NCBI GenBank assembly: GCA_047975285.1 | Contig: JBKEDG010000011.1 | Coordinates: 6,777 to 70,776, forward strand | Direction of reading: 5' to 3' | DNA: 64,000 nt | From: Bacilli bacterium | GTDB lineage: Bacteria; Bacillota_I; Bacilli_A; JBKEDG01 | Part shown: in pieces, positions 9,446 through 20,068 of the stretch | How the letters are laid out: each line of letters opens with the position of its first letter | Position numbering within the stretch: the first letter of the stretch is position 1 | Translations under genes and position numbers: made by a program | Notes under the pieces: model-generated | What the model saw: only the letters and a program-made list of their open reading frames with translations | Database searches by the model: none | Told to the model about the DNA's origin: nothing

Positions 9446-11311
9446 ATGAAAATTGAAGATATTAAAAGTCCTCATATTTTAAAAGATATGAATATAGATG
9501 AATTAAATAAACTTAATTCAAATATCCGAGAGTTTTTGATTGAAAATGTTTCAAAAACAGGGGGACACTTATCTTCTAATTTGGGTGTTGTAGAACTCAC
9601 TACAATTTTACATAAAGTATTTGATAGTCCAAATGATCAAATATTTTTTGATGTGGGTCACCAAAGTTATGTACATAAAATTTTAACTGGAAGAGCAAAA
9701 GATTTTCACAGTTTAAGGCAGTTTCAAGGATTAAGTGGTTTTATCAAAAATAGCGAAAGCCTTCATGATGTTTGGGAAAGTGGACATGCTTCAACTAGTT
9801 TAAGTGGATTACTTGGCTATAGTCAAGCAAATAAAATACTAGGTGTTGATAATAAGACAATTGCTGTTATTGGCGATGGTAGTATTGGTGGAGGTATGTC
9901 ATTTGAAGCTTTAAATCATATTGGAGAAATTGGAGAAAATGTGATTGTTGTTTTAAATGATAATGGAATGAGTATTACCAAACCTGTAGGCGGATTGTAT
10001 GCTTCTTTATCAAAAATTAGGCTATCACAAAACTATATTGGGTTTAAGAAAAAGCTTAAACGAATAGTTAGAAAAGTACATGGTGGACATAGAATTCTAA
10101 GTTATTTTAAGAATGTGAGAACTAATTTAAAAAAGAAATTCTTTGAAGAAGGCTACTTCTTTGAAGAACTAGGACTGAAGTACTATGGACCAATAGATGG
10201 ACATGATAGTGAACAATTAATTGAAATTTTTGAATTTGTAAAAAATTTAAAGAAGCCGATTTTAGTTCATGTTAAAACAATTAAAGGAAAAGGGTATAGT
10301 TTTGCAGAAAATGATACTAGTGGTGCATGGCACGGGGTTTCAAAGTTTGATGTAAAGACAGGTGAAATTCTTAAAAATAAGAAGTTCGGTTATGAAAATT
10401 GGAGTAATATAATTATATGGACAATTGAAGAACTTGCTAAAACTAATGAGGATATTGTTGTTTTAACTCCTGCTATGGAAAATGGTAGTATGTTAGAAAA
10501 CTTTAAGAAAAAGTTTCCTGACCGTTATTTTGATGTTGGAATTGCAGAAGAACATGCAACAACAATGTGTGCAGGGCTTGCGCTTGGAGGGCTTCATCCA
10601 GTCTTATCAATTTATTCAACATTTTTACAACGTGGATACGATCAGTTAATTCATGATATTTGTAGAATGAACACAAGAGTAGTTATCAGCGTTGATCGTA
10701 GTGGAATTGTTGGAGCTGATGGTGAAACACATCATGGTATTTATGATATTGCATTTTTAAAAACTATTCCAAATTTAGTTATTTGTATGCCAAGAAATGC
10801 AGAGGAGGCTCAGCACTTGTTAAGCACATGTATTAAGTATAATGGTCCTATTGCAATCAGATATCCAAGAGGTAGTGCAGAATTTAATCAAGTAAATGCG
10901 TATAAAGAATTTGATATTGGTGTATGGGAAGAGGTTACTTATGGAAACGATGCAGTTATCATTTCATATGGGCCACATGTTGATGAACTGTGTATGTATA
11001 TTAATAAACATAATTATGATATTGGGGTAATTAATGCCCGATTTATATCTCCTATTGATTATGGCATGTTGCAAAAAATATTTAAAAATTATAAAAATGT
11101 CTATGTTTACGAAGAGGTGGTTGCAAGTAATAATTTATATTCAGAAATTGTAAAAGTTGCTTTTGAAGGTAATTATGATGTGAATATTGAGTCTTTTTGT
11201 CTACCTAATAGTTTTATTGAGCATGGTGATGTTAAAGATATTTTAGCTAAATATGAACTAGATTATAAAACAGTTTTTACAAAGATTATTGAGGTGAGTA
11301 ATGTTAAATAA
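9446..11311 (+). CDS. dxs: 1-deoxy-D-xylulose-5-phosphate synthase
   Basis: 621 aa, with GGHLSSNLGVVELT, GHQSYVHKILTGR and the ThDP motif GDGSIGGGMSFEALN. Confidence 0.9.
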   Translation: MKIEDIKSPHILKDMNIDELNKLNSNIREFLIENVSKTGGHLSSNLGVVELTTILHKVFDSPNDQIFFDVGHQSYVHKILTGRAKDFHSLRQFQGLSGFIKNSESLHDVWESGHASTSLSGLLGYSQANKILGVDNKTIAVIGDGSIGGGMSFEALNHIGEIGENVIVVLNDNGMSITKPVGGLYASLSKIRLSQNYIGFKKKLKRIVRKVHGGHRILSYFKNVRTNLKKKFFEEGYFFEELGLKYYGPIDGHDSEQLIEIFEFVKNLKKPILVHVKTIKGKGYSFAENDTSGAWHGVSKFDVKTGEILKNKKFGYENWSNIIIWTIEELAKTNEDIVVLTPAMENGSMLENFKKKFPDRYFDVGIAEEHATTMCAGLALGGLHPVLSIYSTFLQRGYDQLIHDICRMNTRVVISVDRSGIVGADGETHHGIYDIAFLKTIPNLVICMPRNAEEAQHLLSTCIKYNGPIAIRYPRGSAEFNQVNAYKEFDIGVWEEVTYGNDAVIISYGPHVDELCMYINKHNYDIGVINARFISPIDYGMLQKIFKNYKNVYVYEEVVASNNLYSEIVKVAFEGNYDVNIESFCLPNSFIEHGDVKDILAKYELDYKTVFTKIIEVSNVK

Positions 11312-12920
11312 TTTAAAAATTAAAAACTTTGCTATTATTGATGATATGGATATAAGTTTTGATGATGGGTTTAGCGTAATTATTGGTGAAACAGGAACAG
11401 GTAAGTCAATTATTATAGAAGCGATAAATTTAATTTTAGGTTCAAGGTCAAACAAGTCGATGATTAGAGATGGTTGTGAAAAATCATTTTTACAAGCAAA
11501 TTTTAAATTAAGTAAGCTAATAAAAACTTATTTAGATAGTGAAGATATAGTTTGTGATGAAGAATTAGAGATAATTAGAATTTTAAATGCTAACGGGAAA
11601 AGCAGTTATAAGATTAATGGTACTCTGGTAACACTTGCTACTATTAATAAAATCAGAGAGTTAATTATTGATATTAAAAGACAAAGTGATAATGAAATTT
11701 CAAATGATGAATATTTTGCAATCAAACTCATTGATCAGTATGCAAGGCTAGATGAAGATAGAGAGTATTTTGAATATAAAGAATTATATAAAGATTATTT
11801 GATTCTAATGGAAAAGATTAAAACTACCAAAAGTAGCGCAAGTGATATTGATGTTGAGTATGTTAAAATGCAACTTGATCGTATTGATAAACTCGGATCA
11901 TATGAAGGAGAATATGAAGAATTAAAATTAAAAGCTAAGAGAGCTAGTAATGTGTATGAATATAATAATGTTGGTAAACAATTAAGTGAAGTTTTAGATA
12001 AGTTCTATGATTTAAATGTTGAAATATCTATGTTGTATAAAAAGTTTGTAAAACTTGGGGGAGAGATTAATAGTTTTGATAGTATAGGGCTTGAGGTTGA
12101 AGACTATGTAAACAGTTTTAGTTACAGCAGTGATATTATTGATGAAGCAGATATTGCAGAGATTGAAAGTCGAATTTTTGAAGTTAAACGGATTTATGAT
12201 TTATACGGCGGTAGTTATCAACTGGTTAATACTGCTTACGAAGAATTAAATGAGCAGTTATATATTTATGAAAATAGTGAGCATTTATTAGCAAAGTTTG
12301 ATATTGAATTAGAAACGTTATTGAATAAAATTAATACAGTTTGTACTAATATAAATAAAAAGCGTCAAAAAGTAATGACTAAGATTTGTGATGATGTAGC
12401 AAATTTATTAAATGAAATGTATATGGAAGATGCAAAAATTAAATTTAATTTGAGATATGAGGATTACAATGTTTATGGGAATTGTAATATAGATATTTTA
12501 ATTGCAACTAACGGGAATAAATTTTTACCCTTAGATGAGATTGCGAGTGGTGGAGAAAAGGCAAGAGTTATATTATCGTTGAAAAAAGTAATTGCGGATA
12601 AGTCAGATGTTTCAACAATAATTTTTGATGAGATTGATACTGGTGTAAGTGGCCGTGTTGCTAAGGCCATGGGACTAATTATGAAACAGATTTCTCTTAG
12701 GTCTCAGGTGATTGCAATTACACATTTGCCGCAGGTGGCTGCAATTTCAACTAATTGTCTGGTCGTAAATAAGTCAAAAGCAAATGAAGGGATAGTTAGT
12801 CAAATTGAAAGTGTAGATGGAGAAAGGAAAGTTAGAGCAATTGCTCAAATATTAAGTGGAGAAACTGTTACAAAGGAAGCAATGCAAAATGCTAAAAGTT
12901 TAATTGATGAGGGATGTTAA
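11301..12920 (+). CDS. recN: DNA repair protein RecN
   Basis: N-terminal LKIKNFAIID...IIGETGTGKSIIIEAI, a long coiled-coil middle region, and C-terminal ASGGEKARV...IFDEIDTGVSG. Confidence 0.9.
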   Translation: MLNNLKIKNFAIIDDMDISFDDGFSVIIGETGTGKSIIIEAINLILGSRSNKSMIRDGCEKSFLQANFKLSKLIKTYLDSEDIVCDEELEIIRILNANGKSSYKINGTLVTLATINKIRELIIDIKRQSDNEISNDEYFAIKLIDQYARLDEDREYFEYKELYKDYLILMEKIKTTKSSASDIDVEYVKMQLDRIDKLGSYEGEYEELKLKAKRASNVYEYNNVGKQLSEVLDKFYDLNVEISMLYKKFVKLGGEINSFDSIGLEVEDYVNSFSYSSDIIDEADIAEIESRIFEVKRIYDLYGGSYQLVNTAYEELNEQLYIYENSEHLLAKFDIELETLLNKINTVCTNINKKRQKVMTKICDDVANLLNEMYMEDAKIKFNLRYEDYNVYGNCNIDILIATNGNKFLPLDEIASGGEKARVILSLKKVIADKSDVSTIIFDEIDTGVSGRVAKAMGLIMKQISLRSQVIAITHLPQVAAISTNCLVVNKSKANEGIVSQIESVDGERKVRAIAQILSGETVTKEAMQNAKSLIDEGC

Positions 12921-12942
12921 TGGTTGTTTAGGAGGTTTTAAA

Positions 12943-13476
12943 ATGCTTGAAGAAAAAACGGTTAAAAGTAACTTAATCTTCAAAGGTAGAGTCTGTAATT
13001 TAATTGTAGAGGATGTAGTTCTTCCTAGTGGAGAGTTTTCTAAACGTGAGATTGTTGAGATTAAGGATAGCGTTGGAATTATTGCTTATACTGTTGATAA
13101 AAAGGTGCTTTTAATTAAGCAATTTAGGAAACCAGTGAATGAAGTATTATATGAAATTCCAGCAGGGTGTATTGATTATGGCGAAGATAAATTGACTGCT
13201 GCAAAGCGTGAGTTATTAGAAGAAACAGGATATGGAGAAGGGGAGTTTACATTAATAAATAATTTTTTTCCAAGCCCAGGAACAAACAGACAAACACATT
13301 CAATATATTTAGCAAAAAATGTTATAAAACTTAGCGAAAGTCTTAACCTAGATAGTGACGAATTTTTAGAATTAGTGGAAGTTTCTTTTGAAGAGTTTGA
13401 GCAGTTATATAAAAGTGGTAAACTTACTGATTTGAAAACTTCTTACGCCTTTTTAACTTTAAAGAGTATATTATGA
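12943..13476 (+). CDS. nudF: NUDIX hydrolase (ADP-ribose pyrophosphatase type)
   Basis: ATG follows taggagg. Nudix box: G.IDYGEDKLTAAKRELLEETGY. Confidence 0.75.
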   Translation: MLEEKTVKSNLIFKGRVCNLIVEDVVLPSGEFSKREIVEIKDSVGIIAYTVDKKVLLIKQFRKPVNEVLYEIPAGCIDYGEDKLTAAKRELLEETGYGEGEFTLINNFFPSPGTNRQTHSIYLAKNVIKLSESLNLDSDEFLELVEVSFEEFEQLYKSGKLTDLKTSYAFLTLKSIL

Positions 13477-14366
13477 TCAACAGTTATAAAATGTATTTGG
13501 AGTTGGAAAGAAAGTTGTCAAAAGAAACCGTAGAATCATATGGGATTGATATCGCCCTTTTTATAAAATTCCTAGAAAAGATAGAGATTGAGTTAGCAGA
13601 AATTGATTATAGAGTTGTAGAAAAATATCTTACTTTTTTATCTACACTTAACTTAAGTGCAAAGAGCTTAAATAGAAAATATTCTAGCCTCAGAAATTTT
13701 AATAAATTTTTAATTAGAGAAAAGGTTGTTAAAAGTGACTTTACCTCACAAATTAAATTTCCAAAACTTAGCGAAACACTACCCAATTATTTAACTGTGG
13801 AAGAGATAGATTTACTATTGAATTTTGAAACTAAAACAAAGAATGATTATCGAAATAAGGCAATGGTTGAGTTAATGTATTCGGCTGGACTTAGAGTTAG
13901 TGAGTTAATTAGGATTAAATTAAATGATATTAGTCTAGAGCATTTATCAATTAAAATTTCTGGTAAGGGTAATAAAGATAGGTTTGCTGTTTATGGAGAG
14001 TATGCAAGAGATTGTATTGAGGATTATTTACTTAATTATCGAGACAAATTTTTAAAAACTAGTAGCAGTGAGTATTTGTTTGTCAATATTCATTCTAAGC
14101 CTATTTCTCGTCAATCTTTTTGGAAGATAATTAAAGTGATAGCTAGAAAGCAAAGTATTAATGAAAAAGGAGTATCTCCACATACACTTAGACATTCATT
14201 TGCTACACATATGATCGAAAATGGTGCTAAGATAAGAGTTTTGCAGGAAATGTTAGGTCATAGTGATGTTAGTACAACACAGAAGTATACACATCTGAAT
14301 GTTAAATATTTAGAAGACAAGTATAATGAGATATTTGAAGCAGTTATATTAGAAGGAGATGATTAA
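13473..14366 (+). CDS. xerD: Chromosome-dimer-resolution tyrosine recombinase XerD/XerC type
   Basis: SAM-like N-domain. Catalytic residues are present (AGLRVSEL, HTLRHSFATHM, LGHSDVSTTQKYTH). It sits in the conserved recN-nudF-xerD-deoB context. Confidence 0.8.
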   Translation: MINSYKMYLELERKLSKETVESYGIDIALFIKFLEKIEIELAEIDYRVVEKYLTFLSTLNLSAKSLNRKYSSLRNFNKFLIREKVVKSDFTSQIKFPKLSETLPNYLTVEEIDLLLNFETKTKNDYRNKAMVELMYSAGLRVSELIRIKLNDISLEHLSIKISGKGNKDRFAVYGEYARDCIEDYLLNYRDKFLKTSSSEYLFVNIHSKPISRQSFWKIIKVIARKQSINEKGVSPHTLRHSFATHMIENGAKIRVLQEMLGHSDVSTTQKYTHLNVKYLEDKYNEIFEAVILEGDD

Positions 14367-14367
14367 T

Positions 14368-15543
14368 ATGTACAAGCGAGTAATCATGATTGTGCTAGAT
14401 TCAATGGGAATTGGGAATGCAATAGATGCTAAAGACTATGGAGATGAAGGAGCTAATACTTTACTTAATGCTTCTACATTTGATGGATTTAAAGTACAAA
14501 ATTTGGAAAAACTAGGGTTAGGGAAACTAGGGTATTTCCCTAATATTAAACCTATGCAAGAGATGGGATATGCTAGTAAGTGCAATGAATATAGTAAGGG
14601 TAAAGATACAACTGTTGGACACTTTGAATTTATGGGAGTAGAGACAAAAGTACCATTTCCAGTGTTTACTAAGACTGGTTTTCCAAAGGAATTAATTTCT
14701 GAACTAGAAAGTAAAACAGGTCATAAATTTATAGGTAACTATGCTAGTAGTGGAACAGTCATTTTAGATAAACTTGGTCAGGAACACTTAGATACTGGTG
14801 CATTAATAATATATACTTCTAATGATTCTGTATTGCAAATAGCTGCTCATGAAGAAAAAATTGGGCTTGAAGAACTATATCGCGTATGTAAAATTGCAAG
14901 AGAGATAACATTAAAGGATGAATGGAAAGTTGCACGAATTATTGCAAGGCCATTTATAGGGAGTGAAAATGCATGGAAAAGAACTAGTAACCGTCACGAT
15001 TATTCATTAAACCCTCCCCATAAAACAGTTTTAAATTATTTGGAAGATAACGGATTTGATGTTATTGGTGTTGGAAAAATTCCAGATATTTTTAATAATT
15101 ATGGTATCACTAAAAAGGTAGTATCTAAATCAAACATGGACGGAGTAGATAAAACAATTCAAGAATTAAAGCAAGATTTTACAGGATTATTATTTACAAA
15201 TTTAGTTGAATTTGATTCTGAATATGGACATCGAAGAGATTGTGAAGGTTATGGAAGGGCGATAATGGAATTTGATAATAGGTTACCAGAAATATTTAGT
15301 AATTTAAAGACAGATGATTTACTTATATTAACTGCAGATCACGGGAATGACCCAGGGTTTGAAGGGACTGATCATACAAGAGAACAGATTCCGTTACTTG
15401 TTTATTCAAAACAGTTTAAGAAATATGGGTTACTAGAAGAAAGAATGACATTTGCAGACATTGGAAGCACGATAGCTGATAATTTTAAAGTAAGGAAGCC
15501 TAAAATTGGTAAAAGTTTTTTGGAGGAATTAAGTGAAGAATAA
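14368..15543 (+). CDS. deoB: Phosphopentomutase
   Basis: RVIMIVLDSMGIG near the N-terminus, and TADHGNDP...GTDHTRE metal-binding motifs. Confidence 0.9.
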   Translation: MYKRVIMIVLDSMGIGNAIDAKDYGDEGANTLLNASTFDGFKVQNLEKLGLGKLGYFPNIKPMQEMGYASKCNEYSKGKDTTVGHFEFMGVETKVPFPVFTKTGFPKELISELESKTGHKFIGNYASSGTVILDKLGQEHLDTGALIIYTSNDSVLQIAAHEEKIGLEELYRVCKIAREITLKDEWKVARIIARPFIGSENAWKRTSNRHDYSLNPPHKTVLNYLEDNGFDVIGVGKIPDIFNNYGITKKVVSKSNMDGVDKTIQELKQDFTGLLFTNLVEFDSEYGHRRDCEGYGRAIMEFDNRLPEIFSNLKTDDLLILTADHGNDPGFEGTDHTREQIPLLVYSKQFKKYGLLEERMTFADIGSTIADNFKVRKPKIGKSFLEELSEE

Positions 15544-16555
15544 ATTAAAATATATAATAATTACGATTGTTGCTATAGTTTTAGTATTATTCTTTGTTAC
15601 TAGATTTACTTCTAAAAAAGAAGAGAAAACAGTCAACAAAGGTATCTATACGACACTACAAGATAATGATTTGACTTTTTATCCCTATAGTAAAACGGAA
15701 AGCTCCCTATTTTTTATTGTAGAAACTAATAAAACTGATATTTCAAAATATGATATTGAATTAACTTTTGATAAAGAAGTTTCTTATGATGTAATTTATG
15801 AAAAAGCTGATACAAGAACTTCGCTACCAATCGAATATTACTTAGCAAAAGAGACAAATTTTGACTTTGCCAATATAGATGATTTTAATCAATATCTTTC
15901 AGATAGAACGATGTTAGATGAATACGATGTAAATGATGAATATGAAAAGTATTTAGAAGATTATAAAAATAATGAAGACTATAAAAAATATTTTAAGGGC
16001 AAAAATTGCTATGTTTTTGAAATTAAAGTATTTAATGGAATTGATAATACTAAATTAACAAACGTTAAATTCGTTGAGCATACTGTGGTAAATGATGAGA
16101 AAGTTTCAAATGTTGTTTATGAAATAGATACTGATATTACCTATAAGAATTCTTATGTTTCATCAAGTGATTTATATGATATTGACGTCCCTAAATATGT
16201 AAATGCTAAATATTATGATAATAAGATAAAATATAATTACAAAATGAAATGTAATCAAGACTTGAGTTTAAGTAACTTTAATGCGAGTGGATTACATAGT
16301 ATAGTAATTAATGGAATAAATCTTAATGATAGTTATAGTTGTAGTACTAATGATTTGTTGAATATTGAGTTGGAATTTGATGTTAAAAATAACAAAGTTT
16401 TTAGCAATGCTATTAAAGTTGACTTTGATATTAATGATAATACTAACACTATTTATACTCCACATTTATTTGGAATTGAAAATTTGATGTTAATAAGAGA
16501 AGAAAATTTGGATGAATATGACAAATATTTTGAATATAAATATTATAGGAATTAA
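15533..16555 (+). CDS. Hypothetical membrane-anchored, Asp/Asn/Tyr-rich protein
   Basis: GTG start overlaps the deoB stop. One N-terminal TM helix (YIIITIVAIVLVLFFV). I recognise no other motif. Confidence 0.5.
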   Translation: MKNKLKYIIITIVAIVLVLFFVTRFTSKKEEKTVNKGIYTTLQDNDLTFYPYSKTESSLFFIVETNKTDISKYDIELTFDKEVSYDVIYEKADTRTSLPIEYYLAKETNFDFANIDDFNQYLSDRTMLDEYDVNDEYEKYLEDYKNNEDYKKYFKGKNCYVFEIKVFNGIDNTKLTNVKFVEHTVVNDEKVSNVVYEIDTDITYKNSYVSSSDLYDIDVPKYVNAKYYDNKIKYNYKMKCNQDLSLSNFNASGLHSIVINGINLNDSYSCSTNDLLNIELEFDVKNNKVFSNAIKVDFDINDNTNTIYTPHLFGIENLMLIREENLDEYDKYFEYKYYRN

Positions 16556-16680
16556 TTTAAATGGTAGCTATTATGATTGGTTGGGAGATAATTGATACTA
16601 TTGCTATCTCAAGTTACCACATAGGATTATAAATGATGCAAAATAAATTATTAAAAAAATTAAATAGAGTGATTTATTAT

Positions 16681-16712
16681 GATTGAAGCAAATTATTCTT
16701 CAATCTTTTTTT
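16681..16712 (+). terminator. Rho-independent terminator in the 360-nt gap after 15533..16555
   Basis: Stem gattgaag/cttcaatc with a 9-nt loop, followed by T7. Confidence 0.6.
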
Positions 16713-16914
16713 CAATTTTCTATACAAATCAAGCGAGTGACTTGTATGTTATTACTTAGTTTTAAGTTGAGTAAAAAATGAGTACAATTATTTTATATAG
16801 TTCTAGGAGGTTTAGTTTTATTACTATTTAATAATTCAGTTTTACACTAACATAATAAAAACTTACAATAGTGGATTTAATATTACACAAATGTAAGATA
16901 TTTTTAATAGACTT

Positions 16915-17559
16915 TTATAGTTCAATTATTTTATCAAATAGCCCTGCGATTTTTTTTGAGTGCGTTACAACAATTAAAGTTTTTCCTAACTCATTTAGTC
17001 TAAGAAGTTTGTTCAATATTAATTGTTCATTTTCAGAGTCTAAGTTTGCAGTGGGCTCATCTGCAAGAATGACACTACATTCTTTTAGCATTATTCTTGC
17101 TAGTGCTATTCTTTGTTGTTCACCTCCACTAAGAGTATAAATTTTTTTATTTATTTTGGATTCCAAATCAAACTCTTTAAGCACTTCGTATATTTTTTTA
17201 TGCTTCTCTTTCTTTGATAGTTTATTATATTCTAGTGCAATTAATAAATTATCTAATACAGATTGAGAATCATTTAGTGCAAAATTTTGAAATAGGTATC
17301 CGATTCCACTTCTTCTTACATACATTGCAGATTTTGAATTTGGAAGTACACATTTGTCATCGTAATATACTTTGCCTATACTTGGTCTTGTAATAAGTCC
17401 GATAATGTTTAAAAGTGTTGTTTTTCCACTACCGCTTTTACCAATAATGCATATACTTTCCCCTTGTGAAATCTGAATGGAAAAGTTATCTAATTTTAAT
17501 TTTTTGCCATCATAAACATGTGTAATATTCTTAAGTTTAATATTCATTTTAACCTCCAT
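16915..17559 (-). CDS. Lactococcin-972-group bacteriocin ABC transporter ATP-binding protein
   Basis: 214 aa. Intact Walker A (GKSGSGKTTLLN), signature (LSGGEQQR) and Walker B (ILADEP). It is the last gene of the bacteriocin/7-10TM/ATPase triad. Confidence 0.8.
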   Translation of the reverse strand: MEVKMNIKLKNITHVYDGKKLKLDNFSIQISQGESICIIGKSGSGKTTLLNIIGLITRPSIGKVYYDDKCVLPNSKSAMYVRRSGIGYLFQNFALNDSQSVLDNLLIALEYNKLSKKEKHKKIYEVLKEFDLESKINKKIYTLSGGEQQRIALARIMLKECSVILADEPTANLDSENEQLILNKLLRLNELGKTLIVVTHSKKIAGLFDKIIEL

Positions 17560-19513
17560 TGATTGAATCTGAAATATTTTGACGCATTTTTTTAATACCT
17601 ATTATATATAACAACAATGTATCTATGATAAAAGTAATAGCAACAATTAAAATGATACTTGTATTATAATTTAACATAATTCCAAGGGGAATATTAAGTA
17701 AAATAAGTGTATTTAATATAGCATGATTTTTAAATATTTTTAAGTAACTATATCCAAACAATAATTTGATTGCGTGCGATTTTTTATTTGCAGTCAAGTA
17801 AAAGTATATTGTGTTTAACGCTAAAGCAATAAATAGAAGGCTCATAATAATTATTGCTGTAGTATTCCACATTAATATTACTTTGTTTTCATTAATCATA
17901 TTTTTATATGGTGCAAGTTTATTAGCTGGAACTAAAATGTCGGATAATCCTGAGGAATGAAATAAACTATAAAAGTCATCAAAATTATTAAATCTGTAAA
18001 AATATTTATCAGCATTGATTATTGGTGATGTAATTAAATTAGAGTTAATAACAAAAATTGTATCCCTGTTTATTTTACCTACTTCACTTGTATTAAATTT
18101 ATTGGTTTGTGAAATGATATTACCATCATAGTACTTAACTTCTTTAATTGTAGCTTGCTGGTCAATACTAACTTTATAATAATCTTCATAAAACTGTTTC
18201 GTATCTTTTAGAGTAGTTTCGTACGTACTAGTGATCTCATCAGTATTTGCTTTATATTTCATAGGAACTAATAGTACTATATCAGTAGCTTTAAAGTCTT
18301 TCAAATTACTGTAAGTTATAAAGTCATTTGCAAAATTTGAATTTACTTCAACATAATTTTTATTATAATCATCTTCTATTTCATTTAATTGCTCTTTTAC
18401 ATCTCCATCAAATTGTACAAAGTCATAGTAAGTATATGATATGTAATATGCATTAGTTATGTTCTTAGCATTATATTTATCAAAATCACTATTATTTTCG
18501 CTAAAATATTTGTTATTTGAGTCTAATTTAAAATAATTACTCGTATACCCATCAAATCCATAATAATCATTCAAAAATTCATACTGCTTTAGCATCTTCA
18601 AATTTTCATTATTTTGTTTATTAATTTTAAATACTTGATTAAGTGCAAATAATAAAATAAAGCTTACTACAATTTTTAATACAAATAGCATATTTGTCCC
18701 ATTTTTAAGTCCATTAAAATTTTTTAAATAGAGTACTGCTTTTTGAATTTTATACTTGTTATAAGACAGAAAAAATAGGATAATAAATACTATTGATGAT
18801 AATAGTAAAAATGTTGTATAATGTATTATAAATTTCAAATTAAAAACACTATTATAAAATAAGTAGCATGACATAATTAATGATTAAGCAACTATTGAAA
18901 AAAGAATTAACTTTAAGATTAACTTTATAGACCGTTTTAATACTTTTTGCTCAGAAAATCCCATAATAATCATTATTGACTGTTCTTTCCTATTGTATGA
19001 ACATAACAGATAATTAACAATTAATGTTGTAATAATTAAAGCAGTAATAATCCCTATATTTAAATACATAAAGCCTTTATAATCTATAATCATATTAGAC
19101 TCTTTCACTTGATTTTCACCAAATATTGTATTTAATTCATCTATAGTAAGTGTTGTTCCAAATATTCCGTTTGAATTTAAAAATTGGGTGTTAGAATCCA
19201 TTTTTATAAAATCAAATTCCATTAAATTATTAGTTGCTTTATATAAGCTACCTTCATAATTAGTGTTGTAATATATTTTATAAATATATTTATTTTTATG
19301 GGTATAATTAGAATAAGTAACTAATGGATAACTTTCATTCACTTTTTCATATACATCATTAGAACTTATTGCGGAGTTTTCTGTTAGAGTATATCAATTT
19401 AAGTCACTTGTTCCTAAGTTTTTCATTTCATTTATTCTATTTATTCCAGAATAATAAAAAAGAGTTAGTACAAAAAATAGCATAATTACATACACAGAAA
19501 ATAGTTTTTTCAT
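17549..19513 (-). pseudogene. Bacteriocin-associated integral membrane protein (DUF1430 / FtsX-like), interrupted by in-frame TGA and TAA
   Basis: ATG at 19513 follows gaaagga. One reading frame of 654 codons joins the two track ORFs (18884..19342 and 17549..18874) and a 57-codon N-terminal piece. In-frame TGA lies at 19396..19394 and TAA at 18886..18884. The architecture parallels the paralogue at 56779..58694. Confidence 0.75.
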
Positions 19514-19579
19514 ATTAAATATTTCCTTTCAAAATGTTTTAATAAAATAATATGTTTAAGATTGTTTTAAATGAAATTC

Positions 19580-19891
19580 TTATCGTTTATAATAATCGTA
19601 ATAAGAAGATTCGTTCGCCCACCAAACTCTATTTGCAGACTTATATGCTTTATCATTTTTCCAACCAGTACCATGGTAATTTCCATTATATACAGTTGCT
19701 TTTACAGCGTATTTATATTTATCTTTTATATTTTGATCATTTATTGAAGAATAAACTTTTGTATTATCTTGATATCCACTAAAATATAATTTCCTTACTT
19801 CTAAACTATATCCGGCGTAAATATTTACAGTGCTAATAAAAAGTACTACAGTTGAGCAAAATAGTAAAAATTTTTTTATTTTTCTCTCCAT
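19580..19891 (-). CDS. Secreted small protein, divergent lactococcin-972-like bacteriocin precursor candidate
   Basis: 103 aa with signal peptide (...VNIYA/GY). Mature part is Tyr/Asn/Lys-rich with a C-terminal SSYYDYYKR, comparable to the YYNW tail of the 56406 paralogue. It lies directly upstream of the DUF1430 + ABC pair and carries the shared promoter motif. Confidence 0.55.
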   Translation of the reverse strand: MERKIKKFLLFCSTVVLFISTVNIYAGYSLEVRKLYFSGYQDNTKVYSSINDQNIKDKYKYAVKATVYNGNYHGTGWKNDKAYKSANRVWWANESSYYDYYKR

Positions 19892-19892
19892 A

Positions 19893-19917
19893 CTTTTTAA
19901 AGAAGTATAACTTATAG
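19893..19917 (-). promoter_or_regulatory. Shared bacteriocin promoter-proximal motif, copy 1
   Basis: The minus strand reads ctataagttatacttctttaaaaag immediately before the ATG. TTGACA lies at 19946..19941. Compare copies at 56371-56401 and 61070-61101. Confidence 0.6.
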
Positions 19918-20068
19918 TATGTATAATATAACATTGTATTTGTCAACTGATTTTTTAAAAAAAACATTGACATAGTTTTACAATGATTCACATGGATATT
20001 TGTTACCAATAAATTAAGATATTAGCTATGTAGAAATAACCCTTGTAATATGGTATAATACTTTGTAG

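Noticed and set aside
13473-14366. Tyrosine recombinase as a possible mobile-element integrase.
   Set aside because: It sits in the conserved recN-nudF-xerD-deoB housekeeping arrangement with overlapping start and stop codons and no flanking repeats. It is interpreted as XerD.
16871-17140. Plus-strand 89-aa ORF.
   Set aside because: It is antisense to the well-supported ABC ATPase gene 16915..17559, so it is a shadow ORF.
19552-19782. Plus-strand 76-aa ORF.
   Set aside because: It is antisense to the secreted peptide gene 19580..19891. It has no SD, and the minus-strand gene has the signal peptide, operon context and shared promoter motif.
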